NCBI GenBank assembly: GCA_049646645.1
Contig: JBARWF010000129.1
Span: 318 to 64,317 of the forward strand
Direction of reading: 5' to 3'
DNA: 64,000 nt
Source: Thermomicrobiales bacterium
GTDB lineage: Bacteria; Chloroflexota; Chloroflexia; Thermomicrobiales; UBA6265
Shown here: piece by piece, positions 34,857-44,875 of the stretch
Layout of the letters: every line of letters starts with the position of its first letter
Position numbering within the stretch: the first letter of the stretch is position 1
Notes under the pieces: model-generated
Told to the model about the DNA's origin: nothing
The model's input: only the letters and a program-made list of their open reading frames with translations
The model's database searches: none
Made by a program: the position numbers and the translations under genes

Positions 34857-35468
34857 TTGGCAAGTCCAGTTCGTGATCCGCGCGCATACGAGTTGATGGT
34901 CATGATCGTTCCTGATATCTCCGATGAGGAGGTTGCCGAGGAACTTGGCCGGATCAACACCTATATCGGCGATGTTGAGGGCACCATCAGCGAAGTCCTG
35001 ACGGATTCCCCTTGGGGACGCCGCCGGCTGGCCTACACGATCCGCTTCAACAGCATCGATTATCGGGATGGCTACTACGCCGTCTATCACTTCCAGGCCC
35101 GGCCGGATGTCATCGCCGAGATCGAGCGCGAGCTCAAGCTCGACACCCGGATCATCCGCTACCTCCTCGTTCACGACGATCCGAAGGCGGGTGTGCAGTC
35201 AGCGAACAACCCGGCTGAGGCCAGCGACGCTGATGCCGACGACCGACGTCGCCCGGCAGCGCCCGCTGAGGGCGCCCCGGCGACCGAGGCTGCACCTGCT
35301 GAAGCGTCCGCTCCGGCAGCCACCGCCGAGGAAACCCCTGCAGCCGAGAGCACTGCCGCTGCTGAGGAACCGGTTGCGACCGAGGATGCTCCCGCCGCAG
35401 CGGAGGACACTCCTGAGCCCGAGCCCCGCGGGGACGTCGAGCCGGAGGCCGACGACAAGGAGAGCTAA
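34857..35468 (+). CDS. rpsF: 30S ribosomal protein S6 with long acidic Ala/Pro/Glu-rich C-terminal tail
   Basis: TTG start at 34857 (GAGGAAGGGG upstream). Contains YELMVMIVPD...WGRRRLAYTI...GYYAVYHFQA. Confidence 0.85.
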   Translation: MASPVRDPRAYELMVMIVPDISDEEVAEELGRINTYIGDVEGTISEVLTDSPWGRRRLAYTIRFNSIDYRDGYYAVYHFQARPDVIAEIERELKLDTRIIRYLLVHDDPKAGVQSANNPAEASDADADDRRRPAAPAEGAPATEAAPAEASAPAATAEETPAAESTAAAEEPVATEDAPAAAEDTPEPEPRGDVEPEADDKES

Positions 35469-35990
35469 ATGGCAAGTTTTGCGAAGGTCACGCTATTTGG
35501 GAATCTCGGGGCCGATCCTGAGACAAAATACACGCCGTCTGGCGCCATGGTGGTCGAGCTCCGGTTGGCGGTAAATCCCCGGCGTCGAAGCAACCAGCAG
35601 GGCGGCGATGAAGCACCTCCCACCTGGTATCGGATTTCCGCCTGGGACCGCCTGGCCGAGCGCATCGACAAGCTGGCGCAGCAGGGCTACATCGCGAAGG
35701 GCCGCTCCCTCTATGTTGAAGGGCAGCTGGAACCCCGCGAGTACACCGCCAACGACGGTAGCACCCGGATCTCGTTCGATGTGACGATGTCCGACTTCCA
35801 GTTCGTCGGCGGCGACCGGCAGCAAGAGAATGCCGGTGGCCAGGGCGGCGGGTACCGCAATAGCGGCAACTACGGCGGTGGCGGCAATTACGGCAACTCC
35901 AGCGGCGGCTATGGCGAAGGCGGCAACAACCGTCGCTCTACCTTTGCCGACGACGACAGCCCAAGTCAGATGGACGACGTGCCCTTCTAG
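35469..35990 (+). CDS. ssb: single-stranded DNA-binding protein
   Basis: OB fold (VTLFGNLGADPE...WYRISAWDRLAE), a Gly-rich linker and the acidic tip DDVPF. Confidence 0.9.
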   Translation: MASFAKVTLFGNLGADPETKYTPSGAMVVELRLAVNPRRRSNQQGGDEAPPTWYRISAWDRLAERIDKLAQQGYIAKGRSLYVEGQLEPREYTANDGSTRISFDVTMSDFQFVGGDRQQENAGGQGGGYRNSGNYGGGGNYGNSSGGYGEGGNNRRSTFADDDSPSQMDDVPF

Positions 35991-36044
35991 TCCGTGTCTC
36001 ACAGGCACGTCTCACGATTTCACGCGATATGAGGTTCACAAATC

Positions 36045-36458
36045 ATGGCAGACAACCAGGATTCCCGAGACAACCGCGATTCCCGCGACGCGCGTGACAG
36101 CCGGCCGGGCGGTGAAGGCCGGCCGCAGGGTTCGCGCTTCGGCGGCCCGCAGGGGCAGCGAGAGGGCGGCGAGAGCCCACGACGCTCCGGCCCGGGCGGC
36201 GGTGGTCGCCGCGCTGGGGGCGGCGGTGGACGATATTCGTCCCGCCGCAAGGTCTCGATCTTCGACATCGACAACATCAAGCACGTCGACTACAAGGACC
36301 TCGCCCGGCTGCGCCGCCACATCGGCGAGCGCGGCAAGATCGAGCCGCGCCGCAAGAACGGCACGAGCGCGAAGCATCAGCGCTCCCTGACGGTCGCGAT
36401 CAAGCGGGCGCGCTACATGGCGCTGCTCCCGTTCACGAGCGACAACCCGCGCGGGTAA
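36045..36458 (+). CDS. rpsR: 30S ribosomal protein S18 with ~65-aa Arg/Gly/Asp-rich N-terminal extension
   Basis: The C-terminal 70 aa ([50 protein letters not shown]) is canonical S18. Confidence 0.85.
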   Translation: MADNQDSRDNRDSRDARDSRPGGEGRPQGSRFGGPQGQREGGESPRRSGPGGGGRRAGGGGGRYSSRRKVSIFDIDNIKHVDYKDLARLRRHIGERGKIEPRRKNGTSAKHQRSLTVAIKRARYMALLPFTSDNPRG

Positions 36459-36578
36459 GTCCGAACACGTGAGCTCGCCGCTTCCACCTGACGTGACTCA
36501 CTGATGCGGCGCGCCTGAGGCTCGGATCTCCGACCAGGCGCGCCGCTTTTTGTTCTGTCCGCCTTCTTCCTGGACGGA

Positions 36579-38123
36579 GTGGAGTCGACAACGCCGATGA
36601 ACAATTTTCGAGACAAGTTGCCGTTCGGGTCTCGCCCCCAGAGTGCGGCCAATACACGTGGGCGGGCGCGCCGTCCCAGCCAGCGCGAGCAGGAAGCTCG
36701 TCAGCAGCGCTTCTTCCTGATCGCCGTTGGCGTGGCCGCCGCCCTCGTGGTGCTCATCCTCGCCGGTGGCCTCACCTACGAGTACTTCATCAAGCCAAAC
36801 CAGGTCATCGCCGAGGTCAATGGTCACCAGATCAAGCGTCGCGATTACTGGAAATACCAGTCCGTCGTTCTGTACCAGCAGGCCCGGCTGTACGAGAGCT
36901 ACGCCTCCCAGAGCACAGGTCAGCAGCAGTCCCAGTTCCTGGGTATCGCGCAATCCCTCGATGCCCAGCGCGACAAGATCTGGGGCAGCACAGATGTGAG
37001 CGCCCCGACTGTCCAGAGCATGATCGAGAACCAGCTCTACGTTGATGCCGCCGAGGACATGGGGATCGATCTCTCCCCCGAGCAGGTTCAGCTCTCCGCG
37101 CTCAATACCTTTGCCCCGAGCTCCGCGCCGCTCCTGACCCCGGTTCCAACGCCGACCATGATCCCGGCGCGGGCCGAGGCCGCCACGCAGACGGCGGAAG
37201 CAGCGTTGGCAACGCCGGCACCTGCCGAGGGCACACCGGGTGCAAGCGGCACTCCGCCGGCGGCTGCCACACCGATCACGAGCAGTGCATCGCCCGTGGC
37301 CTCACCGGTGACCAATGCGTCGCCGGTTGCGAGTCCCACCCCGGTCCCCGCCGGGACGCCCGATCCGATGTCCGTCGCGGATGCGCAGTTCACGAACTTC
37401 CAGAACCAGGTCTTCGACAAGGCGCACATGTCCACCGATGACTTCTACCGGCTCTTTGCCAAGCCGCAACTCGCCCGAGAGCTGATCGATGCCCAGTTGC
37501 AGAATGCGGTGCCACAGAGCGCGGAGCAGGTGCATGCCGAGCACATCCTGGTGGCAACCGAGGATCTCGCCAAGCAGCTCTACACCGAGGCGAACGGCGG
37601 TGCGTCCTTCGAGGCGCTGGCCCGCGCCAACTCGACCGATTCGCTCACTGCACCGACCGGTGGCGACCTCGGCTGGGTCACCAGAAACGAGCTTGATCCC
37701 GCCACCGCCGACGCCGCGTTCGCCCTCAACGAGGGTCAGATCTCGCAGCCGATCCAGACTGCCTATGGCTGGGAATTGATCAAGGTCGTTGCCAAGGATC
37801 CGGACCGACCGCTCACTGACGCGCAATTCGAGGCGGCGCGACAGAAGGCTGTCGACACCTGGCTGGATCAGCAGCGCGAGGAGGCGAAGATCAAGACCGA
37901 TTACAAGGAGACGCCGACTCCCACCGCCGGCGCTTATGAGCCGCCGGTCGGCGCGCCAACCGTCCCGCCCGCAACCCCGATCCCGACCGAAGCTCCGCCA
38001 ATCCTGGGACCGACGTTTGGACTGGAAGCAACACCGATCGGGCCGAACGCATCCCCGGCCGCGGCCACCCCGATTGCGTCCCCGGTCGCGTCGCCGGAAA
38101 CCATGGCGACTCCAGCCGCCTGA
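36579..38123 (+). CDS. membrane-anchored parvulin-type peptidyl-prolyl isomerase (SurA/PrsA-like)
   Basis: TM helix FFLIAVGVAAALVVLILAGG. PpiC domain AEHILV...GGDLGWV...GWELIKV. Long Pro/Ala/Thr linkers. Confidence 0.75.
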   Translation: MESTTPMNNFRDKLPFGSRPQSAANTRGRARRPSQREQEARQQRFFLIAVGVAAALVVLILAGGLTYEYFIKPNQVIAEVNGHQIKRRDYWKYQSVVLYQQARLYESYASQSTGQQQSQFLGIAQSLDAQRDKIWGSTDVSAPTVQSMIENQLYVDAAEDMGIDLSPEQVQLSALNTFAPSSAPLLTPVPTPTMIPARAEAATQTAEAALATPAPAEGTPGASGTPPAAATPITSSASPVASPVTNASPVASPTPVPAGTPDPMSVADAQFTNFQNQVFDKAHMSTDDFYRLFAKPQLARELIDAQLQNAVPQSAEQVHAEHILVATEDLAKQLYTEANGGASFEALARANSTDSLTAPTGGDLGWVTRNELDPATADAAFALNEGQISQPIQTAYGWELIKVVAKDPDRPLTDAQFEAARQKAVDTWLDQQREEAKIKTDYKETPTPTAGAYEPPVGAPTVPPATPIPTEAPPILGPTFGLEATPIGPNASPAAATPIASPVASPETMATPAA

Positions 38124-38235
38124 TTGTCCTGACTTGGCGAGGAACACGCGTTCCTCGCCAGGTCCCCGCGGTGCATGTGCTATCCTGCGCCCGAGCATGG
38201 GCATCCTGAATGCCCACAGAGAGGAGTGACCTACC

Positions 38236-39207
38236 GTGTCGTCCAACGATCGATCGGATCACCCCGGCGGCCCCCGGCGAACCTCCGGGAAACCGGGTTC
38301 CCCGCAAAACGCCAAGGACAGACAGTGGGACATCGATCCCGCCGACATCGATCGCTACCTCTCTGGCCGGCCTCAGCGTCCCACCGCGCCCACGCAATCC
38401 ACGCGACGATATCGCGACGCCCAGCGCCCGCATCCTGCCGGTACGAGCACGTCGGATCAGCTCGCCCAGCTCCGGCAGATGGTGAGTCAGGAGACGACTG
38501 CGCGGCAGCGCCCCCAGTCCGCTCCGTCTTCTGGCGCAGCCCCTCGCACTCCTCGCGCGCCTCGATTGGAAAGCGCCCCGGCGCGCCCACCGCGCGTCGT
38601 GCGGGCAGAACCGGCGCCCGCGGCATCGGAGCCGGTTCATGATTACGATCACTCCAACGAGCGAGATCGGCTGCTCCGCCACGACCCGTACGTGACCGAG
38701 CGCGATGACGAATTTGATGATTACGACGCATATTATGACGAGACCGATGCTTTCGATGACGAGTTGATAGACGAGCGGATGGCGACGCGGGGAACGCGCC
38801 GTTCGCCCTCCATGCCGAGCATGCCGAAACTCTCGATGCCGGCCATGCCACGCCTGACGGTGCCGCAGAGCGTCTCCCAGGCAGCGCTGTTCAGCGATAT
38901 CGTCTCGCTCACGCTCATCGGCGCCGGTGTCCTCAGCCTCGCTGCGATGGCGATTCTGGTCGCAAACCGAATCGGCACGCTGCCCGAGTCAATTCCCACA
39001 CACGTGAGCGCTTCCGGCGTGCTCGAACACCTCAGGTCGCGGCGTGCGCTGTGGAACCTGCCCCTGCTCAGCACCATGCTCACGCTGATGAGCGGGGTCA
39101 TCGCCCTCTTCGTCGCTCGCATTGATCGGTTCGCCAGCCGCTTCATCCTGGGGGCGGCGCTGGTCGTCCAGTTCGTTGCATGGGTCGCCATCCTACGGAT
39201 CATCTAG
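38236..39207 (+). CDS. hypothetical membrane protein with long disordered N-terminal region
   Basis: 323-aa track ORF. The C-terminal ~120 aa contain 3-4 predicted TM helices; the N-terminus is low complexity. Confidence 0.5.
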   Translation: MSSNDRSDHPGGPRRTSGKPGSPQNAKDRQWDIDPADIDRYLSGRPQRPTAPTQSTRRYRDAQRPHPAGTSTSDQLAQLRQMVSQETTARQRPQSAPSSGAAPRTPRAPRLESAPARPPRVVRAEPAPAASEPVHDYDHSNERDRLLRHDPYVTERDDEFDDYDAYYDETDAFDDELIDERMATRGTRRSPSMPSMPKLSMPAMPRLTVPQSVSQAALFSDIVSLTLIGAGVLSLAAMAILVANRIGTLPESIPTHVSASGVLEHLRSRRALWNLPLLSTMLTLMSGVIALFVARIDRFASRFILGAALVVQFVAWVAILRII

Positions 39208-39319
39208 CGAATCTCGCCAGTTAGTTTCGGCGCAGCAAACGCCCTGCTCGAATCACGTTCGAGCAGGGCGTCCTCGTTTCAGATTCGGCTGCGACCTTCG
39301 GTGAGACCTCGCCCGCAGC

Positions 39320-40180
39320 CTATCGGCCCAGCGCCGTCTGGAAGACCGTCTTTGTGAGGACTGAGACGAGATGCGCGCGATACTCTTCGGACGCGTACGT
39401 ATCGCCGTTGATCTCCAACCCCTCCGGAGCTCGCGAGGCAACAGCGGCAATCGTCTCGTCAGTGAGCGCCTCACCGGCCACGGCCTCTTCCGCGGCCGCG
39501 GCACGCGTCGCCTTGGAGGTGGAGCCGGTAACGGAGATGCGCGCCTCCGCGCAGACGCCGTCGTTCACGACGGCGACCACCGCGACCCCAGCCAGGGCGT
39601 AGCCGCTCGCCGGGTGGCCGTACTTCTTGTATGCCATGATCGTGCCCGCCTGTGGAGCGGGCAGGAAGACCTCCGTGATGATCTCGTCGGGCTCCAGCGA
39701 CGTGGTCCAGAGATCGACAAAGAGATCATCGGCGGCGATAGTCCGCTCGCCTTGCGGACCCGTCACCTTCACCTGACCATTCAGGCTGAGGAAGACTGCG
39801 GTGAGATCGGCAGCGGGGTCGGCGTGGGCCAGCGATCCGGCCAGCGTGCCATGAGCCCGCACCTGCTGGTCGCCGATGTACTCGATCGCTTCCGGAATCG
39901 CCGGGAAGAGCGATGCGATCTCGGCGTTGTCCCGAATGTCGTCGTACGTCGCCATCGCGCCGATATGCGCTCCATCAGCATCAACCGCTATCTGCTTCAG
40001 CTCGTTGATCTTGCCGAGGTCGACGAGCATCTCAGGACTTGCGAGACGCAGCTTCATGGCCGGGATCAGCGAATACCCGCCTGCCAGGATCTTGGCGTCC
40101 GGATTCGCTCCCAACAACTCAACAGCCTCGGCAACCGAGGAAGCGCGACGATACGCGAACGAAGTTGGATACACGGTCAA
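39320..40180 (-). CDS. xanthine dehydrogenase/CO dehydrogenase family FAD-binding subunit (CoxM/CutM-like)
   Basis: FAYRRASSVAEAVELL...ILAGGYSLIPAMKLR. Confidence 0.85.
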   Translation of the reverse strand: MTVYPTSFAYRRASSVAEAVELLGANPDAKILAGGYSLIPAMKLRLASPEMLVDLGKINELKQIAVDADGAHIGAMATYDDIRDNAEIASLFPAIPEAIEYIGDQQVRAHGTLAGSLAHADPAADLTAVFLSLNGQVKVTGPQGERTIAADDLFVDLWTTSLEPDEIITEVFLPAPQAGTIMAYKKYGHPASGYALAGVAVVAVVNDGVCAEARISVTGSTSKATRAAAAEEAVAGEALTDETIAAVASRAPEGLEINGDTYASEEYRAHLVSVLTKTVFQTALGR

Positions 40181-40192
40181 TCACCCCGTCAA

Positions 40193-40696
40193 TCACGCCT
40201 TGGCGTCGGCATTCATCTTCTCGGCCGCATACTGCACGGCACGAACGATATTCTGGTAGCCGGTGCATCGGCAGAAGTTCCCCTCCAGCCCATGCCGGAT
40301 CTCTTCCTCGGTCGGGTTTGGATTGCGCTCCAGCAACGCGATGGACGACATGATCATCCCAGGCGTGCAATAGCCGCACTGAAGCCCGTGCTTCTCCCAG
40401 AACCCCTCCTGCACCGGATGGTACTCGCCGTTCTGAGCGAGTCCCTCGATGGTTTGGATCGACGATCCATCCGCCTGGACGGCAAACATCGTGCAGGATT
40501 TCGCGGTGACGCCATCGACCGTGACCACGCAGGCGCCGCACTGGCTCGTGTCACACCCTACATGCGTGCCGGTCAATCCGAGGGTATCCCGAAGGAAGTG
40601 GACCAGCAGGGTACGCGGCTCCACGTCCGCCGAATGCTCCTCGCCGTTCACCGTGATGGTGACGGAGACCTTCTGATCCGTCGCAGAATCGACCAT
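40193..40696 (-). CDS. (2Fe-2S)-binding small subunit (CoxS/CutS-like)
   Basis: [34 protein letters not shown] and [10 protein letters not shown]. Start at MVDSA (AGGAG upstream). Confidence 0.85.
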   Translation of the reverse strand: MVDSATDQKVSVTITVNGEEHSADVEPRTLLVHFLRDTLGLTGTHVGCDTSQCGACVVTVDGVTAKSCTMFAVQADGSSIQTIEGLAQNGEYHPVQEGFWEKHGLQCGYCTPGMIMSSIALLERNPNPTEEEIRHGLEGNFCRCTGYQNIVRAVQYAAEKMNADAKA

Positions 40697-40896
40697 TGGT
40701 ATTCCCGCTCCTTGCATTTGTCATCGACGTGCCGCGAACGGGCGCACGCCACCCCATGACCAGGAGACCACGTTCCACCGCCGACTTGGGCAGGGCACGG
40801 TCAGTCAGACACGTTCTTCAAGACCTCTGCGTAACTTGCCCTCATGGTAATGGCGATGTCGCTCCGAGGCAACAGATAGGGCCGACACGCACGGCT

Positions 40897-42156
40897 TCAC
40901 GCCTGTCGTACACCGTGCTCCAGGTCACCGGCAACGTCAGATGGGACGCTCGTCACCATCTCCAGGATGATCTCCGCCGCCTCTTCGGGGATCCGGGGAC
41001 GCAGCTCGCGCGCAAAGCGCCCAAGCTGCTCCAGCACGTCCGGAAACCGATCGACCGGGGGGACGAGCGGCCCGAATGCATCAAGCATCTCCTGACGATA
41101 CCAGGCACCTATCCGGCGCCGCACGCGATTGACCGATGGGGCTTCGACCCCCGCAGCCAGCGCGGCTTCCGCGATCTGCTTGCGCAGCTCCGGACCGCCA
41201 AGCGGCACTGACGTAACCTGATCGACAGCGACACGCTGACGCCGGACTTCCTCCGCACGAGCGTCCCACCTCAGCACGAGATCCCAGCCGCCACTCGCCT
41301 CCGCCAGAAGCGACCGCGCGATGCGCAAGACCTCGGCATTGTCGACAACCCGCGCCTCCTTGAAGGCGAGGAGCGGTCGTGTCTGATCCAGCCAGCAGGC
41401 AACGCATGCGCGCGCCAGCCGCAAGTAATAGACGGCGAGCAAGAGGCTCTGCGAGACGCTGGCGGACAATGTATCTGCTTCAGCGAGAATCTCGATGAGC
41501 TGAACGCAATCCAGGCCGTCCAGGAACGTGTCGGATGTCACCGGGAGCAAGACAAGCTCATTGCCGCCGATAGCGACACTCCGGTGACCACGACGTTGCC
41601 GCAACATGTAATGGGTGAGGCTGTAGTCCGGGCAGAGGAAGATACCGTCCAGAATGGAGATATCAGCCGGGATCGGGCCAATCTGGCCTGCAATGACGGG
41701 GCCAATGCCAAGCAACTCGGCGGTCACGTCGGCGCTGACCTGGCGAGAACGGGCGGTCTCGACGCTGAACTTGGCGTCGGCGGCCTGCAGGGAGAGCGAG
41801 CCGTCACGGTGACCGAAGAGCAGGAAATCCGGGTTCTGCAGTTTCCGCCGGGATGCAGTGCTGGCGATCTGCGGGATCGTATCGAGCCGGACGACTCGCT
41901 CAATCGAAAGCGGGGCGGGAGACTTCGCGTCCAGGAGTGCGAGCGGATGCACTCCGAGCGCCTCCGAGCAGAGGTCGGCCCACCGATCGCCGATGAGTCC
42001 ACTGGCACCGCCCCGGTCGGAAAGTCGCATCAGATCCCTGTCGAACACCGCCGCGAGGAGCGTGCCGCCGGGAAGTTTGCGGGAAGCAATGGAAAGGTCA
42101 TCCAGGCCGGTGGTTGTCTGTCTCAAACGTTCGTCGTCCCATAGGTGAGAGCGCAT
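40897..42156 (-). CDS. hypothetical protein with PD-(D/E)xK nuclease-like motif
   Basis: 419-aa ORF containing SIERVV...QNPDFLLFGHRDGSLSLQAADAKFSVE (E-x22-PD-x16-DAK) and a helical C-terminal half. No family recognised. Confidence 0.6.
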   Translation of the reverse strand: MRSHLWDDERLRQTTTGLDDLSIASRKLPGGTLLAAVFDRDLMRLSDRGGASGLIGDRWADLCSEALGVHPLALLDAKSPAPLSIERVVRLDTIPQIASTASRRKLQNPDFLLFGHRDGSLSLQAADAKFSVETARSRQVSADVTAELLGIGPVIAGQIGPIPADISILDGIFLCPDYSLTHYMLRQRRGHRSVAIGGNELVLLPVTSDTFLDGLDCVQLIEILAEADTLSASVSQSLLLAVYYLRLARACVACWLDQTRPLLAFKEARVVDNAEVLRIARSLLAEASGGWDLVLRWDARAEEVRRQRVAVDQVTSVPLGGPELRKQIAEAALAAGVEAPSVNRVRRRIGAWYRQEMLDAFGPLVPPVDRFPDVLEQLGRFARELRPRIPEEAAEIILEMVTSVPSDVAGDLEHGVRQA

Positions 42157-42311
42157 ACACTTGCATTGTCGTCATCTGCCCCTGACCCAGTCCAACCCCG
42201 GGTCAGAGGTTTGATCTCATGCAAGCTTACCAGTCAGCGGCAAGAACGAGCGACAGGGCACACGAGCTGCCAACCGTTCCGCATCAGACATCCACCTTCG
42301 AGGAGCATTCA

Positions 42312-42623
42312 ATGCCGGCCGATTCTCCACCCTCACACCATCCGTCGCCACTGGACGGCGCCATCGCGCGGCTCCTTCTCGTGCTGCAAGAACAGCCGGC
42401 TTCCGGTTCGCTCAGCGCGAAGCGCATGAGCGAAATCGCCGATCGCCTGGATGTGCCTGTGCCGTTCGTGCAAGCGCTCGTACAGAGCGCGCAACGGCGC
42501 AAGCTGGTGAAGCCCGGCTACCTTGGCCGCGGAAGGATCGTGTGGCACGTCACCGCGTCCGGAGTGGACCTGATCCACCGGCAGGGTCTGGCACACGGTC
42601 GGGCAACCGCAGCCGATGACTGA
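42312..42623 (+). CDS. small winged-helix (MarR-like) DNA-binding protein
   Basis: ATG 42312 with GAGGAG upstream. LSAKRMSEIADRLDVPVPFVQALVQSAQRRKLVKPG...IVWHVTASG looks like an HTH plus wing. Confidence 0.5.
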   Translation: MPADSPPSHHPSPLDGAIARLLLVLQEQPASGSLSAKRMSEIADRLDVPVPFVQALVQSAQRRKLVKPGYLGRGRIVWHVTASGVDLIHRQGLAHGRATAADD

Positions 42624-42629
42624 CAGAGG

Positions 42630-44834
42630 CTAGGCAGCCGGATCCTGAGCCGCCGGGCGATCCGTGAGCAGCCATCGCCAGGGATCGCGCCCCGGCAGCC
42701 ACCGCCCGATCGCCAGCCAGAGCACGAGCACGCCGCCGGCCAGCGCACAGACGCGTGCGAACCAGTCCAGCCCCGTCACCGCGTAGGTCATCACCAGCTC
42801 GATCTTGCCGGCGGGTGCCTGGATGCGCATGTAGCCGCTCTCGGCCCGCTGGATCGGCACTTCATCGCCGTTGACCGTCGCCGTCCAGCGCGGGTACCAG
42901 TTCTGGCGAGTCAGGATATCCCCGGAGCCATCGGCAAACGTTGCGGTGATCCGCTGGTTGTCGATGGACACAGCCGTCGGATGCTGATTACCGTCCGTAA
43001 GCACCGGCATCGCGTTCACGACAAGGTAGACATCCCACTCACCAAACGTGGCGACAAACGAGAGCGCCGGATTGGTACGGGCCGCAAGCCGCGGGTTCGG
43101 ATTCTCGACGCCGGGTTGCAGTTGCTGCGTTGCGACATCGGTGACGACAACAGCCCCCACTCCCTGCGCCGACAGGTACGCAGGATCGAGGGCATTTGCC
43201 GGGTCGGGATAGAAATGCCCATTCAGCGGACTGTAACCGGGTGTCCCATCGTGCAGGTCGTGCCAGTACCAGAGCCAATCGTTGTAGAAGAACGGCGCGT
43301 CGCTGCGACTCGGACCGAACAGCTGTGCGTGCCACTCCATGGCGCCCGGTACCGTCCCGATCGCCAGAATGCTGGTGCCCCCCGGGAGACGAGCACTCGC
43401 TTCGCCTACCGCCTGATCGTATTCGGCGAACGGTAGCGTGCCGGTCGTGGCGACGGGTTGCAGTCCCCGGTAGACCTCCGGAAGGCCGGACACGGGCGCC
43501 ACCAAGGTGATGAGGACGGCTAGTCCCGCGACGACAAGCACGCTCCCCTGCCCCACGAGGACGAATCGCTCTGGTGCAATCCGCCGGACGACTATTTCCA
43601 CGATCTTTCCAAGGCCAAACGCCGCGAGGTAGATGACGAGGAGTCGCTGGTACGGCATCAGGCGCGGCGGCTCGAGCTGTTGGATCAACTCGATGCCGAC
43701 ACTCCCCACCGAGAGCCACGCCGTGAACGCGATGTACCCCAGCAGCGTCAGGCTCGTTGCGCGTGCCGCAACATGGCGAGGCACCGCGAACGCAATCACT
43801 ATCCCGAGCAAGCAGACGTACACGGCTGGGGGCGACACGGCGTGGACGGAGGCAGTCCAATACTCCTTGACCGTCGCATAGGACTCGTAATGGACGAAGT
43901 AGTAGAGATCGCCATACCGCACGAGAGGCAGAAAGATGGGCATCGCCAGCAGGAGCGCCAGAACGCCGACCGCGGCGACTCGCACGGCGATCAGCCTCAG
44001 GCGAGCCGATGTGACCTCCTGCCCCGGAAGCGTGCCAGCGATGAAGATGGCGACTGCGGCAATGACGATCGCGAAGAGCGAGCGAGGGTTTGCATAGGCC
44101 GCGCCGGCCGCGAAGAGGATTGCCCACACCGCCAGCGAGCGGTGCCCCTCCGCGACGAAGCAGATCAGCATCGCCGTGGCGACCATCGCCGCCGTCGCCC
44201 CCGCGACATTCGTGACCAGCCCCCATTGCACCAGCTCGGTATATCCGCCGGTCGCCCAGCTCACATAGCCATTGCCGCCGGGAATCGCGATGTGCATAGC
44301 GGTCGCGAGCACGGCAACACCCGGGCTGATCCGGTCGGCGCGCGCCAGCATCCAGAAGCCAATGGCGGGCATCAGGAAGATGACGATGACCGCAAGCTTG
44401 TGCACGGCCAGAATAGGTACGGTGCCGAGGAGAAGCGTCCAGATGCCGACATCGAGCCAGGCCACGCCCAGCGGGTAAAACTCGACCGGATATCCGCCCT
44501 GGTGATTCCCTACCCATCGCAGGAGATGCCCATCCTTCAGGCTCTCGAGCAGCGTATAGGCGCGGGTGGCATGAAATGGGTGATCGACCGTGGCGAAGAG
44601 ATTCGGCATATCGATCACCCGACCGCCGACCGACACCGGCACGGTCAGGTCGAATGCGCCGAGCTTCCACGCTGTCCAGCCGCAGAGCAAGATCAGCATG
44701 CCCAGCCAGGCAACGGTCGCGCGATCGCGGAACGGCAGGACGTTCCGGACGCTTGACGTGCGGGAAGAACGCGGTTCGCTCATCAGCCGCACGCTCCCCA
44801 GCGGGGCTTGAAGCTGGGAAGCATCATCGGGCAA
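42630..44834 (-). CDS. large polytopic membrane protein, GT-C-like glycosyltransferase candidate
   Basis: 734 aa with more than 10 TM helices in the first ~480 aa, followed by a soluble C-terminal domain and a final TM helix. The function is inferred only from architecture and neighbours. Confidence 0.5.
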   Translation of the reverse strand: MPDDASQLQAPLGSVRLMSEPRSSRTSSVRNVLPFRDRATVAWLGMLILLCGWTAWKLGAFDLTVPVSVGGRVIDMPNLFATVDHPFHATRAYTLLESLKDGHLLRWVGNHQGGYPVEFYPLGVAWLDVGIWTLLLGTVPILAVHKLAVIVIFLMPAIGFWMLARADRISPGVAVLATAMHIAIPGGNGYVSWATGGYTELVQWGLVTNVAGATAAMVATAMLICFVAEGHRSLAVWAILFAAGAAYANPRSLFAIVIAAVAIFIAGTLPGQEVTSARLRLIAVRVAAVGVLALLLAMPIFLPLVRYGDLYYFVHYESYATVKEYWTASVHAVSPPAVYVCLLGIVIAFAVPRHVAARATSLTLLGYIAFTAWLSVGSVGIELIQQLEPPRLMPYQRLLVIYLAAFGLGKIVEIVVRRIAPERFVLVGQGSVLVVAGLAVLITLVAPVSGLPEVYRGLQPVATTGTLPFAEYDQAVGEASARLPGGTSILAIGTVPGAMEWHAQLFGPSRSDAPFFYNDWLWYWHDLHDGTPGYSPLNGHFYPDPANALDPAYLSAQGVGAVVVTDVATQQLQPGVENPNPRLAARTNPALSFVATFGEWDVYLVVNAMPVLTDGNQHPTAVSIDNQRITATFADGSGDILTRQNWYPRWTATVNGDEVPIQRAESGYMRIQAPAGKIELVMTYAVTGLDWFARVCALAGGVLVLWLAIGRWLPGRDPWRWLLTDRPAAQDPAA

Positions 44835-44875
44835 CCACGGTCGATCGTCTTGAGTGGGCTCGTCACCGGCATCGA

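Noticed and set aside
36060-36110. Short tandem repeats in the 5' part of rpsR, considered as a possible non-coding repeat array
   Set aside because: They are in frame and encode the DSRDxR low-complexity N-tail of S18. There is no spacer/repeat architecture.
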